Of a DNA stretch of 64,000 nt, positions 61,121 through 64,000 are shown in pieces. Under the pieces are notes generated by a model. It had not been told where the DNA came from. It saw only the letters and a program-made list of their open reading frames with translations, and ran no database searches. Numbering within the stretch: position 1 is the first letter of the stretch; each line of letters begins with the position of its first letter. This DNA comes from Convolutriloba macropyga (taxonomy: Eukaryota), in assembly GCF_964194025.1 (NCBI RefSeq), contig NC_134470.1:47492001-47556000 (forward strand). Reading direction: 5' to 3'. A program made the translations under genes and the position numbers.

Positions 61121-61860
61121 ATAAGAAGTGATGCAGACATTTTAATTTTGACGAGTAGGAGCACATTTTCAGTTTCAAATGTTCATATGTGTTTAAAATT
61201 GTCGGAAACCTGAATCAGTATTGTTCTGAAGCAAAAATTATGCGGGAAAATTTAGTGTGAAATTTCTCCTGCGAGAAACAACTATTTCATTGTTATAAAT
61301 TGATTTTTAAACCAAAATGCATTTCTTTTGAAATTAAAGCTTAGTTTCGTTGGCTTAGAATTGATCATTGTACGGTCGTATTTTGATGACCGAAGGAACT
61401 ACATAGATATTGTTGTTTAACTATAAAACTTTTAATTCTCAAATGAGCGAAATTGGAAAATGGCAGAATGAGAGACGAAATGGTAAAATTCAAATGAAAT
61501 AGCCTACTCTCGCCGGGTTTTTGGCTCACTAACAATGTCATAGTTAAATTTGTCCTAAAACACCTGTTTTTCTTTGCAGTTAGTTGGCTCAATTTTCATC
61601 AGGCCTTAAGATATTACTTATCAAGACCATTGTTAATGTATTTCCTGATCAACGCTTCTCGACAGCACGTAACCATAGGTCGGAAAAAAATGAACCGAAG
61701 AATGTCAAACGGTGGTTTGGAACTTTATCAGAGTAAGCAATAATTACTTTATTTCAAAATCTTAGCATGCGGTTGCTAAATAATTAAAACTTTCAATGTT
61801 TTTTTTCATTAAGAAGACGCTGTGGTCAACTTAAATCCATTTTTTTAAATTAGCTGCGAT

Positions 61861-62060
61861 GTGCCACCCACTTTTGTGTGGAGGAACTACATACTCCAAT
61901 GATTTTTTTGTTCAGACAATTTTGGCCAATCGATATATTCGTCGTAGAGAAATGTGAGTGGTATCATTAAAAAGCTCGTGCAGCGTAAAGTTCGGATTTA
62001 AAAAGATTTTTTTTATTTTCGTGTTTTTCGAGGAGTTATCGAGGTTTAAATATTTGTGTG
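61861..62060 (-). mobile_element. Hairpin-ended repeat (Helitron/Helentron-like), copy 3, inverted relative to copy 2
   Basis: GAGGAACTACATACTC...TTGTTCAGACAATTTTGGCCAATCGATATATTCGTCGTA...GGTATCATTAAAA is the reverse complement of the copy 1/2 end. Confidence 0.5.
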
Positions 62061-64000
62061 GACAGGTGATATTTGGCATGATTTTGTTCAGTTTTTTGTT
62101 CAAATTAAGATTTTTTCTAAAGAAATAACAATTCAAAATTACATTTCATGCTACAAATGAAACAATATTATGTTTCTAAGAGATGAAAGGCCATAAAAAG
62201 GGTAGGTTTTGTCTCGTAGGGAAGTTTACTGTCAAAAAAATTCAATTTCTATTTGAGAGGTGATATTTTAAAAACAATTTTGTATTTTTTAAACATTTTT
62301 TCACGTCACTTAGAGACTTCTCACTTTTCAAATCCAGGTTCTGTTTATGAACAGTCTCATTTAATGTCAAATGATGCCCAATGAACAAATAATTTGTTCT
62401 TAAGTAATCGCTCATTTTTTGGCTCCGACTCTGAGTTTTCGTAATTTTTATTGAAATTTTGATTTTCTTTTTAAGATTTTAATAAAATTTTGTGATATTA
62501 TTACATAGACTCGTTGACAAAAAGTGCCTTAGGTTTCCCAGTGAGCAGTAATTGAACCTATGTATTGATTGGAAAGGACAGCTAATGGCTGTTAAGACAT
62601 CAAAAATAATTTTTGAAAAAAAAATTTATTTGAACATTAACTGATCTTAAATTTGTTTCTATAAATTGTAAGTCAGTCTTAATGTTGACAAGAGCCCCTT
62701 CCTTTTTTCTTCAAACAAAAAAATTAATCTGAACAGCGGTTTCATTTTATAGCTATTGTCTTTATGACTTGGATGCGGCGAGTTTTCTTTTTTATATATA
62801 TTTAGTTAATTTTCCCCAATTTTTTAGATCTTTTTGAAAACGTATCACATTATCCTATGATTGCCAGTTCCCATTGGCATAGCGAAGACTTTCAATATAT
62901 TTTAGATAAAGTTCGCAGAGAAAAACGTATGGTTTTAATGGCTTCGACAATGTCATCTCGCATTTTTCTCCTGATTTTTATATTTTTGACTGGAATTGTT
63001 GTCGTTTTCATATTAATACGATTTGCTGTAGTGACCTATTGGTGATTTAGAAATGACTGAAAATACTGCCTTCTCATCGAAGCATAAATTATTGAAACCC
63101 ATAATTTTTTGATTTCCCTCGAAAGCTATTGAAATTAATGCATTTGATACTACGGGTTTTCTCAAAAGTTTCTTGGTTTTAATATAATTAATCATATTTG
63201 TTGGTTTTTAGAAGTCATATTGTTACAGAAAAAAAATCCCTTGTTGTTAAAAATTTTTTGAAAATGAAAAGTCTTCAATGAATAAACATTTTTTAATGGT
63301 TTCAACATTTTTCTCGTAATTTTTTTTGAGTTTTCTGTTTTTGCCTGTATTTTTTTTTTCATTTTATGTAGTCGTAAAGATTTAAGAGGTCTAATAAGTC
63401 TTTAACGGAGTATTTATTTATTGAGTTTTTTCAAGGCATTAAATTTATAGCAAATAGCCTGAAACTTTACGATACTATTTTGTTTGAAAACGTTTTTTAA
63501 ACTTTTTAATTTTTGTTATATTTGTGAAATTTTATCTTAATCTCATCAATGAGAGGCCCCATCCACTTGCCTGTAGTTCAAGTATTAACGTGGCTACTGA
63601 TATTACGTCGTAACTGATGTTTTGTTTGTTGAACAATGTGCGTGTTGAAAAACAGATCCCAATGTTTTTCAAATGAGACCCAAGTGAACATACTTAGCCT
63701 TCGAACCTTTTTTAAACTGAAAAAGTTTACTTAACATTTGAAATGTAAAACAAAGCATTCAGATAACAGCGAAAAATTTTATTGGCTTCAATAATTTGTT
63801 TTTTCGCAAATTGTTTTTTTGCCGGTTTTTCTTCATCTTTAGTCCGTTTCTGTGGCTTATTCTATTGGTTTTGTAATGACGTTTTAGAAATTTTATCAAG
63901 AATTCCTTTTTTAATTAAAAGCTAATGGTTTTTAAAACATTTATAAATGATTGGTTTAAAAAACTTTGATTGACTTCGGAATTTTGCCTCACTGTTGGTA

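Overview
This window is AT-rich, repeat-dense animal (probably invertebrate) nuclear DNA with spliceosomal introns and one 131-N assembly gap. It is not prokaryotic and has no CRISPR array. Two host genes lie on the minus strand. One is an intron-poor SLC22/organic-cation-transporter-like MFS gene (coding exons 53136-52930 and 47609-46077, ~579 aa). The other is a three-exon trypsin-family protease homolog that the ORF track shows only in pieces (37574-37328, ~36646-36491, ~32933-32375); it lacks the catalytic His and Ser, has a hydrophobic tail, and has a disrupted middle exon. The rest is mostly mobile DNA: a very young full-length BEL/Pao LTR retrotransposon (24297-31958, 5-bp TSD, two frameshifts), two decayed LINEs, a cluster of GG-ended MITEs with 8-9-bp TSDs (one nested), several CCCAG-ended EnSpm/CACTA-like non-autonomous elements, Helitron-like hairpin-ended repeats and older tandem duplications. 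Four signals stand out. (1) Two transposon-like lineages have ~31-32-bp subterminal units that occur as element-wide 'letter-swapped' variants and expand into satellites inside the elements. (2) A ~780-bp macrosatellite appears to be built from the endonuclease domain of the adjacent LINE. (3) A near-identical 53-bp hairpin module is shared by MITEs with unrelated ends. (4) The protease homolog is catalytically dead. All calls were made by eye; boundaries of degenerate repeats are approximate.
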